Source of the DNA: Octopus vulgaris
Lineage: Eukaryota
DNA: 64,000 nucleotides
NCBI GenBank assembly: GCA_951406725.2
Contig: OX597816.1
Span: forward strand, 149,792,001 to 149,856,000
Direction of reading: 5' to 3'
Each line of letters begins with the position of its first letter. Positions within the stretch are counted from its first letter, which is position 1. The notes beneath the pieces are model-generated. The model was not told where the DNA came from. It did not search any database and saw only the letters and a program-made list of their open reading frames with translations. A program made the translations under genes and the position numbers. This document shows positions 36,396 to 51,570 of this stretch, piece after piece.

Positions 36396-38409
36396 ATATT
36401 GGGGAATTCTTGTAAGCACTTTCATCAAGTTTCAAACTATCAAGTGGTTAGAATATTATATTTCCTAGATATGATGTTACCATACCCTAGTTGCAAATTC
36501 TGGAAAGGTGCTGTTGCTATACACACGGATATCCTAAACCAATCCTAAAACACTTCTGATAGATTGACAATAACACACTGACCAGAACATTATAACTTCT
36601 GGATAAAAAGTATGCTGACTTCTTTCTCTGTCTGTTCTGTATGACATTCACCTATCCAAATAAACTAGAGTATCATAGTGAAAGCCAGCAGATATAAGGG
36701 ATGAGGCAGCAGATGCACGCTTTGTATTACAGAGAAATGAAACATAACTTCAACAATGAACATTTTGAACATCAAGAAGGAAACTTCTTCCCTTGCATGT
36801 ACAAACAACAATTTAAGTTATGAAATAATTTCAAGCACCACCTCTATCCAACCAGAATAAGATACAATGATATTATTGATTATAAAGTATCAATATGCAT
36901 AATAAACATATGCTCATAGGAACTCATGCTGTAATTCTAGACTGCACAGATATGTATAACATATACATAACACAGATACAAGACATACAATTTGCAAAAT
37001 ATATTTTATGCCCTTACAGTTTCATGGACTAATATACATTCAGACCTGAGTAAAGCCTACAAATGATTAGATGCACATGCAAATATATCTACAAAATGCA
37101 GGCATGAATCACATGTTGTATATGTTAGTATACATTTATATACACAGGTATATATGAATATTCTTGTTAATGCAATTAATCTGAGTTGAACATAAATACT
37201 TGCAAAATGACCCCAAGGCCAATGCAAGTACCAAAGTGAGTTGTCTCCACTTATCTAATAACAAAAAAGAAAGAAAGCAACTAACAAACAAACAAAAAAA
37301 TTCCGAAGTCTTGTATAATTTTGTGTAATCTCATGTCATACCCAGCATGGACATGGTTACCAATATTCACAAGTGGTGTGCTCGAAAAATGTGACCTTTC
37401 TGTATGAAACTAATTGTAGCACTGTTAATTCACAAATAAAGAACACACATACATACATGATGAGCTTCATTCAGTTTCTCTTTACCAAGTCCACATACAA
37501 GTCAGCCTGGAGCTATTGTAGAAGACATCTACCCAAGGTTGGGACTGAACCTAAGATTAGAGGAAAACTTCTTCACCAAACAGTCATGCCTGCACCTGTA
37601 TATATTACAAGGTTTAGGTACATTGATACAACATTCAGTAAATGAAAACTTCCCACACGAAATAATTGGTAACTCTTAATCTACAAAGAATGTTTATTGA
37701 TCAAATGCAGTATTGAGCACTTGTTCTCATTTAATATGTTAGTATATGTGAAAGCAATTTTAAAAAAGATATGCTAGCACCAATCTTCTTTGTGACTTGT
37801 AAATAAGAAGAAAGTCATGAAATTAGATATTTAGGATCTGAAGGCCAACTACATACCACACACCATTAAGTGGAGCATCGTAGAACAATCCATGCCATAT
37901 GTTAAAGAATCAAAAAGATGCCAGCTTAACTGAAAGATCTCACATTCATCTTTTGTTTTTTAGATTTAAGAATTCTACTGACCTAATATTTCCAGAACTG
38001 AAACTTTTTATTAAATGTGTTTGGACAAATTACTGAAATGGAAAACACCACCCTCTTCTAATTTAGTATGTAACCTCATAAACTTTGACCCATCTTCCCA
38101 TTGTATTAACTTATCCTGAGTCAAATGGACCAAAGGGATGCAACTCTTAACTATCTATTATATTTTTACATTACACTTCTTTTCACTTTTTTTTTTTAGC
38201 TTCTTGTTCTTTCTTATGTTTTCTCAAAAACCAGCAACCTTTTTCAAAGACTAGTATTGTTTCTCATTTTTTCAAAAAAAGACCAGTTATGTTGTGTATT
38301 TGAGTCTGAAAGATTGTTTGGAAATACATGACTTGTTATTCAAGCTTGTCTGGAAATCATGTTTTTACAGCATGAAAATGACAGTAGCTTGAGTTAAAAT
38401 TCTTTATAT

Positions 38410-38595
38410 TCTTTTCTACTCTAGGCACAAGGCCCGAAATTTTGCAGGAGGGGACCAGTCGATTTAGTAAGCAATTGGTACTTAATTTATCGACCCTGAA
38501 AGGATGAAAGGCAAAGTTGAACTCAGAATGTAAAGACAGACGAAATACCGCTAAGCATTTTGCCTGGTGTGCTAACATTTCTGCCAGCTAACCAC
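38410..38595 (-). mobile_element. Second SINE family copy (core ggtacttaatttatcgaccctgaaaggatgaaaggcaaag)
   Basis: Shares its core and tRNA-like head with the copies at 43630-47520 and 60545-60945. Confidence 0.8.
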
Positions 38596-38959
38596 CTGTA
38601 CATTAAATAATATGTATGTGTGTGAGTGTGTGTGTTTGAGTGTACCCTTGTCTAAACATCATCATCATCATACAAGTAAGGCTGTTTGTTTTCAATATTC
38701 TGTGAAAAACATGATTTAGGTATGAGGAAATATTATCTTGTTTGAAAACAGGTGAGAGTAGGCAAAAGGAAGGGCATCCAGCCATAGAAAATCTATCTGC
38801 CTCAATAAATTCTGCCTGACCCTTGCAAGCAAGGTACAGAGGATGTTAAATGAGGATGATGATGATCATCTTTACATACATACAAACATAATGTTTTAAA
38901 TATTTTTTTAAAGCCAAAATAATGTAAGTTATAAAAATTAATAATTCAAGTCAATGTTA

Positions 38960-39290
38960 CCTCAATATTTCAGGGTTAGGACCCTTCTTCTGGAAATTTA
39001 TGAAGAAAAGGTGTTGATAGCTAATGCCTCTGCTCTGTAGTATGTATGAAAGTTTGCTACATTTGATTTTATACACCATGTAGGGCTGCAGACATATATT
39101 TTAGTCTTTGATTAAGCTGTTGGGCAATGTACATAAAGTATTGTTTTGTCTTGGCCTGTCTTTAGTATTGACCCTCCTCAGAGTAGGCCTTACAGATTGC
39201 ATAGTGAATTGCAGCAGTTGTTTTTACATTAAAATGTGGCAGATGTTTTGCTCAGGTGTCTCATGTGGGGATGTAGAAACGTCAACATTC
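38960..39290 (-). mobile_element. Old Penelope-like 3' remnant with a decayed hammerhead-like motif
   Basis: Minus strand HFN... and TLCTLPNSL (TL.PNGLN-like), followed by CCAGAAGAAGGGTCCTAACCCTGAAATAT. Confidence 0.45.
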
Positions 39291-39456
39291 AAGCACATAC
39301 ATGTTACAGACTTCCACAGCTATCATCAACTAATTCCACTCCCAAGGCATTGATCAGCCCGAGCCTATAGTAGAAGATACTTGGATACTTCCAATAGTGG
39401 ATATATAGGGAGGTAGAACCTGAAACCACATAGTTACAAAGTAGACTCTGTATCTA

Positions 39457-39660
39457 CAAAGCGGTGCTGAAAAGTTCCTGGATTTGGGTAAAAGAAAATA
39501 CAGGAGGAGCAGTTAATTATGGCTTTATTCAACATATTCCTCTCTCAGATTCACATACTTATTGCAAAGGTCGTTCAGTTTTTCCAAGCCCTGTAAAAGA
39601 ATTCAGAAGGATGGGCCTCCAATCAGGCCTTAAAGCCAGGAACTTTTCAGCACCCCCTTG
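39457..39660. mobile_element. Mariner-derived MITE (204 bp) inserted in a SINE
   Basis: TA-CAAAGCGGTGCTGAAAAGTTCCTGG ... CCAGGAACTTTTCAGCACCCCCTTG-TA; SINE sequence continues on both sides (~39290-39680). Confidence 0.85.
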
Positions 39661-41426
39661 TACACAGCTATACCTGCAACATTGAAACAAAATAAACTAG
39701 AACACTGCATCATTAAATAAAATGTCATACATTTTAAAAAAGTATATGTTTATACATAATTACAGAAAATTGTAACTGGTACAAAATTATAAACTCAATA
39801 TTTTACTTGTGTATGTATTAGATTGAACATAAATATAATTATTTCTGATTTAGAAAAGTGAACTCCACCAATGAAAACCCATCACAAAGAAATGACCATT
39901 TGTTTATTTAAACTAGTTTGAAAATTCATCTATAACACTGTTATCTTTTTGTATTGCCTCTCTGTGCAATTTCATTTGGTTGCCATTTCTCCTTATTTGT
40001 TTATTCTTTGGCATCTTAATGAATACTTTCTAACTACACAGCAAGAGTACGAGTTTGGTCATCACACTCTAAGTTTTCCAAAAATGAGATTAACCAACAT
40101 ACAAACCTATATGGAAATATCAAATTTCTCTCAAATCACATCCTGTCATCTTAAAAGAGACTGATGATCAATACCAGACTGCTTTTGATCAAAGAGGTCA
40201 GTTCAGTCAGAGTTGCCTTCAGCTAATAATGAGGAGTAGCATTTGCAGAAACTATAAGAGTTTTATTTAGAGGTGAAGTACAAAGTTGTTTTCTTGATGT
40301 TTCCAATGATCTTTCATCAATATTCTACAAACACAGGTATGATATTGTGTAGTGCTCTCTCTCTCTACTGCTATTACTACAATCTCTAGAATATCAAATC
40401 TACTCCTACATTTCCCTGTAGCAAATACAATGAATTCTACATCGGAAGTACCATCACACAGGTTCACATGCAGGTTAAAGACTTTTATGCTAATGCTTCT
40501 TCCATCAAAAAATACCTATGGAAATGTCACTTTCGAGAAATTCAAGTTTCCATTGAAGCTACACCAAGAAACATTGGGAACTCGACAATAAAAGACGGTA
40601 TTTTTATTTGCATGTGCTACCCAGGAATTAATAACAGAAATGTAATACTAAATACTTATGTTCAATTATTTCCTCTTTGTATTTCATTTTCCTGACCTTG
40701 CTTAAAACACCTTATTTAATTTTTCTACAAAAGAATAAAAAAAATCCTAGAACTCCATTCCTACCCCTTCTTCAACTTACAAATTAAATTAATCATTAGC
40801 TATGCTTCATTAATCTTGACTTCTCAATCAGTCAGTGTCTGAAAAAAAAATTAAATAAAAAAGACAACAATAGAAACAACTTGAATAAAATAGTACCAAT
40901 AAATATTTTATTGCACATAACATTCCTTGCAAATAGTTGATATAATAATTTACAAGTTCACATTTTTTTGTCTTAATTAAAAAAATTTTCCAAATGTTTT
41001 TTTTTTCTAAACTTAGCTGATTTCAGCAAGATGTGTGGAGAGCAGATACCAAGGTGTTCAGGGTAGGTTTTAGGGACCAACACAAGTTGTATAGTCCAAT
41101 TTTGGGGATTTCAAAAAATATATCACCTTTGCAATAACATAGAAATTATAGGTAAAAACAACATCATCAGTCCATTTTCCTCTCCTGCTCCATCAGCACC
41201 AGTCAGCAAATCAGTTAGGGTGGGGACTATACTGTGTTCCCCGCACCTAACCTCACTTCATTTCACTCCGTTAAAATTGTCAAGATATATTTTCACCAAC
41301 AACTGCTTCAGATGTCGCTATTGGTGACAGACAACATGTTAATCAATTTCAAACTTCAGTCGACATCATTACACAAATTAATTTACAAATTGTTAAATTT
41401 TTTTTATTAATATATATATATATTAT

Positions 41427-41469
<43 letters not shown>

Positions 41470-42468
41470 CACACATACATATATATATATACACACACAC
41501 ACACATATATATGTGTGTGCGTATATATACACATATGTAAACATATACATATACCTATGTATATATATGCACATACGCATATATATTTTTTTTTTATATT
41601 ATATTTTTTCCTTCAAAATTAATTTCAAAAGTCAATGGTGTGAAAGTTCTCCTCTCTATTGGTAGTGAAACTCAAAATTGAGAGTTACATACCAATGGAG
41701 ATATATTTCAAAATTAATGTGAGAGTGGTATTTCCTCTTAGGTGGCATCTGACATTCCCACATGGTTAATGAGGGTAAGACCATCCAACAGTGCCATCCA
41801 AAGACTATGACATCACAGCAAAGATTTTAACACTGTTTTAGAGAGATTTACCTATTTCTCAGCTCACATGTTATATACAACTCAAGTCAAGTTTAAAAGT
41901 AATTGAAATAGCATTGCTTCATCCTAATCAAATTCTATATTTTCCATTATTATTATTATTATTATTATTATTTTGTGAGGATGGTGAGGATAGTCCAACT
42001 GAATTGGCCTACTGCCAGCAGGCATCTGTAAGCCATGGAATATAACTGGGATAATCTACTTACTCTTAGTAACCAGGGCAATTCTTGACCTTAAGTAATG
42101 GTTATTCTCTCTGGGGACTATCACATATTTGTATACTATAATTTCTGTAACTCATGTTTGTAATGATCCCCTATCTTTGGGTCTTGTGGTAATAATGAAA
42201 TCATTATCATAATCATTATTATTGTCTATTGTTCTAAATATCCTCTTTTACTGACGTATGGAAAATAGACACATAAAGTATTAACAGGATTTTATTAAAC
42301 TTATTTCCAAACTGACAGTTTTAATGTTGTCTGGTAGTATTATCCCATTATGTATGTATGCATGCATAATATGTATATAAATACATGTGTGTGTGAGCTT
42401 ACAGACATATATGGGTAATAAATACTTGAGATTTATAATTTATAGATTGCCACAGATCTTTTAAGATT

Positions 42469-42469
<1 letters not shown>

Positions 42470-42540
<71 letters not shown>
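42470..42540. repeat. (GA)n microsatellite
   Basis: Pure GA run. Confidence 0.98.
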
Positions 42541-42543
<3 letters not shown>

Positions 42544-43629
42544 TTTGAAAGTTTTATTTATAAAATGTGTCTAACAAAATAATTGGGACAAGCTTCATGT
42601 CATACAATCTACATCATGAAAATATTACATTTAATCTCCTCTGCCTAGTCCTCTGTTTCCCACCCAGTAGGGCTACTCTGAACCTGACCTAACTCAGAAC
42701 AATTCAAGAATTATAAATAAAACATAATGAAAGTAAAATCCAGCTTGTTAAATAATGAGATGTAAATGAGTTGAGTAAAACTTGACTTGAGTTGTAATTA
42801 GTAAGAAGGCTTTGTAACACCTTCAATAAGGCAGCTAAATTCATCATTGCAAGTGACGAGACTTGCAATGATTCCATGTGCGTCTTTTGTACGGATTTTT
42901 TTTTTAATTTTTAAAATTTGTTTTTGAGTTAAGCCAACATCTAGATAATATAATAATAAAATTATGAACAGTCAATATGGGAGTATTTACAATAGAAATG
43001 GTTGTTGTTAGTAATGTCAGGTTGTAAAAAAAAAAAAGGAACAAGAAAAAAAGTGCTTTTTATGAAGACAGTGAATGTTGTTGCCAGGAATTTACTAATT
43101 ATCTGCTGAGTTAAAAAATATAACAGAGAATTACACAAAATAGATTGTTTACAGAGATAAGTATATCTGTGTGTATGTATATTTATTGATCTGTCTCTAT
43201 GCAAGTATATGTGTATGTGTATACATATAAATGTGTGTGTTAATGTTTATACATTTATATAAAGTTCTTAATATGTATCCCTTTATATAAAGTTACTGCA
43301 GTAAATACTATATATATATATCTTTCAATTTTATAAATTTCAATGGGTTTTACTATTGAGTTCCTGTGTAATACTGCTTCCAATGAAAAACTCAGAGCAG
43401 CTTATAGTAGGTTATTGTCTATGTTTATGATGGACAAATTTCATGTGTGTGTAAATGAGAACAAAAAATTTCATCTATCAATGCCACTGTCTTGATATGT
43501 AGATCTTACATGATTCACACACACACACATACACATATACAGAGCTTATTCTATAAATACACATTAACAGAAGAGGTATGAATTGAGAAAGATTAAGTCT
43601 AACATGGTACACAGTGACCACACATTTTA

Positions 43630-44419
43630 CTATTTCTCTAGTGTATTACCGGTACTTATTTTATCAATCCAGGGGGGATGAAAGGCAAAATCGATAATGT
43701 TGGGATTTGAACTCTGAGCATGAAGAGGCAAAATACTACAAAGCATTTAATATGTCTTCCTACTGTCCCTTAATGTATTACAACAATATATTGTGAGGTA
43801 ACTGTGCAAATCTCTAGTAGAGACCTGACAACAACAAATTTATGTAATTTTAAATTACAGCAGTTATAAGTAAACAACAACAAAACCAGAAACAACCCCC
43901 AAAACATTTCAGACATTCCTGTTAAGTGAAGATTGGTTAGGTGGAGTGGGAGTAAACATATTATACAAAATACAAATGAAACTGGATGAAATAAGAAGAA
44001 AAAAAGAACATAATGACAATGAGTTTTAATAAATAATTGCTTTCTTTCTTCCTTTCACTCAGCAGATGAATTTAAAAGACATATTGGTTTATATGTGTGT
44101 GTGTGTGTGTGTGTATGTGGCAGGTATGAATAATACGTAATAGTTTCAAATTTTGGCACAAGGCCAGCAATTTTTCAGTGGGAAGTGGTTAGTCGATTTC
44201 ATCGACCCCAGTGCTCAACTGGTACTTATTTTATCGACCCCAAAAGGATGAAAGGCAAAGTTGACCTTGGTGAAATTTGAACTCAGAATGTAATGAGTCA
44301 GAAGAAATGCTGCTGAGCATTTTATCTGACATGCTAACGATTCTGCTAGTTCACTGCCATATGAGCATAGTAAATAACGATTTCTTGCATTGGCACAAAT
44401 ACTATAAATTTGTAAGGAA

Positions 44420-44475
<56 letters not shown>

Positions 44476-46825
44476 TTACTGAATTGATCCAACCCAACCC
44501 AAGTGCATGCATTGTATATATTTTATCACCTTTTGGGAAAGGGACATGAAAAGCAAAGCAATGTCAACACTGGTGGGATTTAAACTTAAAATATAAAGGG
44601 AAGTAACTACATATCACAAGGTATCTAGCCCGGTACTCTATTTGTGACTTCACAGCATTAATAACAATAGTAATCATTATTCCTAATTTAGGCACATGAT
44701 CATAAATTTGGGAGGAGTTTATAATCAATTACCTCAAACTTCAGTTTTGCCTAGCACTCATTTTATTGATCCACAGAAGAATGAAAGGCGAAGTTGACTT
44801 CAACAGGATTTAAACTTAGAACATAAAGGTATATGGTCTAACATCTGTGCCATTCACCATCCAATAATAATTTTTTACTAACATTCTATAATGGTAGACA
44901 ATACAGTTGTCTGCAGTATAATATATAGACTTTATTTATCCTTTTCACTGGAAAATTTTAAAATCAGAAATGGGATAGAGGTTGAAACAAACATAAATAG
45001 ATTCAGTTGAGCACTCTACTGTTTAAGCCATTCTGACTGTCTCAATAACAACAATAATGATTTTAAACGTAAGTTCAAGGCCAGAAAATTGGTGAGAGAG
45101 AACAGTCAATTATATCAAGCTATAACTGGTACTTTATATTTTCAACTTTGGAAAGATGAAAGACAAAATTTACCTTAGTGAGATTTGTACTCAAAATGTA
45201 AAAGAGCTGGAAAAAAATACTGCAAGACATTTTTGCTTCATGCTCAAATATTTCTGCCAATCCACCAGCCTAATAACAAAAATAATAACAATTTCTAACA
45301 TTGGTGGAAAGCCATAACATTTTATGGAGGAGTTGCAGTTGATTTAATCAAACCCCTGTCAGTTTGTTATTGGCACTTATTTTATCTATGCCAGGAAGTT
45401 AATCTCAATAGAATTTTAACTAAAAACATAGAGGCAAAGTTTTATTCTCCACAAGCAATTTTGTCCAATTCTTTACCAATTCTTCCTTTGCCTCTTTAAT
45501 AATAACGATGACGATGATGATGACTTGAATAGAAATAAAAATATCAAATTACCGAGTTTCATAAATAATACTTCTGAAACTGAATAATGCTATTATCAAT
45601 TATGGCTCTTTATATAGCATCATAGAAAATAATAATAATAGTTTTGTTTTACATTATCACAAGGCCACATATTTGTAGGGGAGGAAGGAGGGGGTATAGC
45701 CAATGCATTCAACTGCAGTATATTACTGGTACTTGCTTGTAAACTTTGGAGGGATGAAAGGCAAATTCAGCTTTCAGGATTTGAACTAAGAACATAAAGA
45801 CACGTAACCAATGACAGATTGTCCAGCACGCTAAAGCTTCTGCTAGTATAATAATGATTTATAGCAATTTTAACATGGCTATACAGTTTTGGGAAGAGGG
45901 ACTGAAACAAAATCAACACATGACTAGTATTTATCATATTAATTCCAGAAGGATGATTTATAATCATTTCCTTTAGGTTAGTAGAATTGATGCTTCAGAT
46001 ATGAATCTGGGAGATCAGACATTACAATTTCAATAATATTAATTTCTAACACTGGTCCCTCTCAAAAGAGGGATAGACTGAGACTAAACTGAGTTTCTTG
46101 AATACTTACTTGACAGGTATCTATATTGTTAACCCTGGAATGATGAAAGGCAAAACTGACACTGGTAAAATTTGAACTTAGAATGTAAATAGATATGACA
46201 GGACATGTTCTTGAGTGCTACTGATCCTAGCATCTTCAAATAAGAGCAGACTATTTAACATTGTATCATTATAATCATTATAGCAATCAGCAGTGAATGA
46301 GGTGAAACTCAAAACATTTTTTTTTTTACAAGACACATAAAAACAGCTAACAGTTCTTTGAAAGGAGAGAAAAAGTACAACACAATTTTATCAAGTGAAT
46401 TGCTTTCATCAAGTTACATTAGGTAACATTTTTCAATTTCATTTGAATAAAATTTGCCATACATGTACTGGGAAGAATTATAGGCGATTAATCAACTTTT
46501 ACTATATTACTGACACTTACGGGCCTGACTCTGTAGAAATGAAAAGCGAAGTTGATCCCAGTTGATTTTAGCTTAGAACGTAAAGGGACATAATTCAATG
46601 CCACAAGGGAAGTAACTACAGATGTCACTAACATGGCTACGGAATTATATATTTTTTGAGGGAGACATGCAGTTCATGTAATTGACTCTAACCTGGTTGT
46701 CTTATCGGCCCTGCAAGAACAAAAGGCAAAGTTATCTCAATGCACTTTGAAGAGACAAAAATTAATATTGTAAGTCGACATTTTAGCAATTCTATTATCC
46801 ACCACTCTTGAAATAATACATTTTT

Positions 46826-46870
<45 letters not shown>

Positions 46871-46872
46871 TT

Positions 46873-46968
<96 letters not shown>

Positions 46969-47520
46969 TTTATAATAATAATAATAATAATAATACATTT
47001 TTTATTTTAACATAAGGCAGTGCTCTGGCATGGCTAGTCTAAAAACTGAAACTAGTGAAAGAAAATAAGCTAACAAATTTAAAACAGAGCTGGATGAAAT
47101 CATATAACATTTATACCCTTCTCAAAGGTTTTAATGACATAGGAAAGTCGTCAAATGAAACAATTCTCTTGAAAAAGCTATGAACAACTATCAATTTCAG
47201 TTAATCTTTTCTACAGGTCTTGGGCCAAAGAAAGAAAATCTGCATTACTACTACTACTGCTACTGCTGCTGCTACTACTACTACTACTACGTTACATTAG
47301 AAGAATACCAAGAAGCAGATTATGCTACAAAGTAATATTATATTATGAAGAACTGATTTTAAACAAATACAAGGCTTCAAAATTTTAGTCAGAACAGAAT
47401 TGATTACAAACAACCCCAGTTCTTGACTGGTATCTATTTTATCAAGACCTTGCAGGATCCAAAATCAGAATGTCAATTAGTGTAATTAAACACTACAAGA
47501 CATTTTGTTTGATACCGCTA
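43630..47520 (-). mobile_element. Head-to-tail cluster of about 12 diverged SINE copies
   Basis: The ggtacttattttatc..gatgaaaggcaaagttgac..gatttgaactcagaa core recurs every ~200-500 bp in one orientation, separated by AAT-rich tails. Confidence 0.75.
46826..46994. repeat. Interrupted (AAT)n microsatellite
   Basis: Four AAT runs separated by TTT(T). Confidence 0.97.
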
Positions 47521-50500
47521 ATCACTATTATGTTATATAGTATTGGGAGTAAAATCATAGTTTTAGCTTCCAGTACTTTTTCATTCTTAATACAGCTGCA
47601 TTCTCTATCTAATGAAGTTATTAGTGATTAATTAAACTATTATTGTTGTTAAAGTTAAAAATAGTAAAAAACCAATCAACAAACAAAAACAAATTCAGAG
47701 TTACATCACAGAAATTATTGAGCAGAGAGAGACAAAAACATGCACCTACCATTCAAAAAATATCTGCATATTCTTGATAGATATATGATTAATAAATTTT
47801 GATAAATACTCTTGAGAGATGAAAATAATTACAGAGAAAAGACTGATGTCAGTTTACTTATTACAATTTTAGATGAAATTACATCTTGTTCAAAATATAT
47901 AATTATATATATATTTATTTTCTTTCCACAAGAAAAATATCATTATTAATGTTATTTTTATTTAGGCTGATCTAAAAAAATAACTTTATTATATGAAATT
48001 CTCTGACAGAAAGATTTGGCAATAGAATTATCCTGTATTTCCATTTAGTTTCCAAACCTTTTATCCTGCTACCATTCTTCAATAAATTATTACTATGGAT
48101 TTTTTCACAAAGGAAATTATTTACATGTTTGACAATAAATGAGTTAATAAATTTGTATGTTTTTATATAGATATGGGAGTGTGTTATATTTCTAAATTTA
48201 AAATAAGTTTTGAAAAAAAAATTCATTTGAGAAAAACAATGTAACATTACCAAGCATGAAAAGTAGCAGATACATTAATAAAATTACATTATCTTAAGAG
48301 GTATGGGTTTACCAACACCTTAATACTTGAGAGGGAGGGGAGATTTTTTTTCATTAAACATAGTGACTTATCAGGCATAGTAAGTTAAGTCCATCAAACA
48401 ACATAATGGTATTATTCCAAAAAGCAAGATAAAGATGGATTGAAAGTGAGTCTAAAATGTTTTTGATAATTATTGCTTAATTTAGGCAGTGTTAGAGAAG
48501 GATAAGATTAAAAAGCTGTGATGTTCATTGTTTTCCTGTGAGTATTAGCAATTTAAAAAGAAAAAAAAAACATTTTTATCCTCATTACACTCCTATATTA
48601 GTTAAATAACTCAATAGACTATAGACTATATAAAGCTTATAAAATATCTGTTATTATGGTAAAAGGGCAGTTATGATAACAGAGTTAGTAGTGATAGTAC
48701 TAGATGGCTATGAGTGTGGTTTTTGAAGTAGTGGGAGGTAAATGGAAATATGCAGTAGAAGTGTATGATTTCCTTTGTTTTCAAGTGAAGTGATGAAGTA
48801 AAGTGAAAGTAGAAGACCAATCAAATTAGTGGAACTGAAGACAATGTAATTCTCACTCCATACATAAACCTGAACCAAACAAGTCATATTTACTTGTCTG
48901 AATAGTAAGAAATAGAAATGGAGTTTTGGTGTATGTATGTATATTAGTCATTAACACAGAGTTGTCCCTTTGCCACTAATTAGTGGATTATAAATTATTG
49001 TAAAACAATTCATAACAGAATGTAATAAAAGTTATGAATTGTAAGTTCATAACTTATTTACTTATCACTACACTACGAAAGTAGATCTATGATAGAAAAG
49101 TAACTTTCTTGATCTATTTTCCCTTTTCCTTTATCTCTTCGTTAAAGATGCAAAATTACTAATTTTGTCAGTAGTTGCTAAGTAACTTTTCTTTAGGCAA
49201 ATTAATTTTTGAATTTTAAATTTCTTTGTTCTTTACTATCAGTAATGACAAATTAGCACACCATTGTTTACAAGGTGAAGGACACCAACCAAAAATTGCC
49301 AAGACAGACATTTCATCTTTAAGAAAAGGAGGGTAAAATTTTGACAGTCATATTTTTCCCTGAGGTCTATCAGACATCCATGTTGGTTATGGTAACTTAT
49401 ACAATTGACTTCTCACAGACATAAAACCTCAGCTTCATATAGTAGGGTAAATGAAATTACATAATGTGTATGGGCATAGGTAACTTCAGTGAAGTGGATA
49501 TGGCTAGGAATTGAAACAATGTTGTGATTTTTCTTTGCTAAGACTTTATTGTAACAGTTTTCTTATATAGGCACAAAGCCAATAATTAAAAGAGTTGAGT
49601 ATGATAAGAAAACTGATCAACTTAACTACTGATACTTAATTTACTGACCTCGGAAACATGAAATATGAAGATGGCTCAGGCATATTTTAAATTAAGAATA
49701 TAGAAAGGAGAAATTAAATGCTCTAAGTAATCCACCATTCTTATACAACCCACCACTGCTATATCAGAAAGGTGAGAGAAAGAGGTGGAAAAAGGTAGGA
49801 AGATCAGCTGATTATGGACTTAAACAATTCTGGTATTAAATCAAAATACAAAAACAAATGAAATACACACACTTAATATAACTTTGATTTACTAAGTTAA
49901 TGGCTTGATTAAAGAATAAATTAATGATAATATCACAAAGATAATAAACTTGTTGAATAATAACATGGATCAAAAACTGAATCTAGACACATAAAATATA
50001 GTAGTGGATTGGATGTAATGGATAAGGTTGTGGATATTGTTGCCCGCTAAAGTTCTGTACTATAATATGACAGTGTTGAATGTAATAATATTGTTTGTAG
50101 TTGAAATACTACCTGAAGAGTTGCAGAATAAGTGGTGTGATGTGGAATGACTGAATGACCATTTGATTTTTACAGTAGATTCAACTGGGGAATATTTAAT
50201 TAAATAATTTTACCAAGAAAAAAAAGGCAACACAATTAATATGAAAATCTATAAAGATTCATGATTCTAAGTCTCTTAATAAATAGTTAATTCTAACTTA
50301 AATACAAAGATTCATGGGTGTAAATGTTACAACTATGATTAAAAACTAGGCAACACATTACAGGTACTTGACAATTTTCCCCAAGTAATGTGAATGAAAT
50401 ATATATATAATGATGATGATTGACATTTCCAGTCAAGAATAATCTGTTAGTGCCAGATTCAACATTCAAGTAAAAGACATAATCAGTGGATGAAGTGGCT

Positions 50501-50813
50501 GATGAGACAGACAGGTACATCCTAAATGTAATTCTCATGTAGAATCAACATGACAGTGTGACAAGGCTGGATGTTGATTTACAGTCCATCTAAAAGGCAT
50601 CTACTCAAGCTTAAGTAATTCAAGCCTATGGTAAAAGATATTTGCTCAAAATGCCATGCAAGGGAATCAAATGCAGGACTTCAAGGTTACAATGTAAACT
50701 TCTTAACTACTTGGCCATATCTGTCTTCTACTTATCTAACTATAGGTAGATAATGCATGTAGGTATAGCCGATAAGTACAAAATAATATTCTATGCTGAG
50801 GGGCTACATATAA

Positions 50814-50858
<45 letters not shown>

Positions 50859-51156
50859 AGAAAGAGAGAGAGAAAAAACAAAACAAAAACACTACTTGAG
50901 CAAATAAAGATAACTTCTTCATGGTAGCTCAATGTGCTAGAAATAGCTGCCAAATTTAACTCAACCTTTAGTTTTCCATATAATATTTGCTCAGTCAGGA
51001 CTGACACAAGCTATACAGTTTAAAAACATTAAACAATAATTCTTTGGTCAATAAAATTTTAGACTTGTAGAACATTATCCTTTCTACACTTATTTAAAAC
51101 AAGTATTATTGTCTTTATTCAACACATCAATTTATGTTTAAAAGTTTATGTGTGTA

Positions 51157-51194
<38 letters not shown>

Positions 51195-51198
<4 letters not shown>

Positions 51199-51570
51199 TT
51201 TATTCTTTTACTTGTTTCAGTCATTTGACTGTGGCCATGCTGGAGCACCGCCTTTAGTTGGACAAATCGACCCCAGGACTTATTCTTTGTAAGCCCAGTA
51301 CTTATTCTATCACTCCCTTTTGCTGAACCGCTAGTAATGAGGATGTAAACTCATCAACATCGGTTGTCAAGCGATGGCTGGGGGGACAAACACAGACACA
51401 CAAATATATATATATATATATGATGGGCTTCTTTCAGTTTCTGTGTACCAAATCCACTCACAAGGCTTTAGTCGGCCTGAGGCTTGAGTAGAAGACACTT
51501 GCCAAAAGTGCCATGTAGTAGAACTGAACCTGTGGTTGGAAAACAAGCTTCTTACCACTCAGTCATGCCA
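51195..51570 (-). mobile_element. tRNA-derived SINE next to (TA)n
   Basis: Same family as 12521-12934. Confidence 0.88.
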
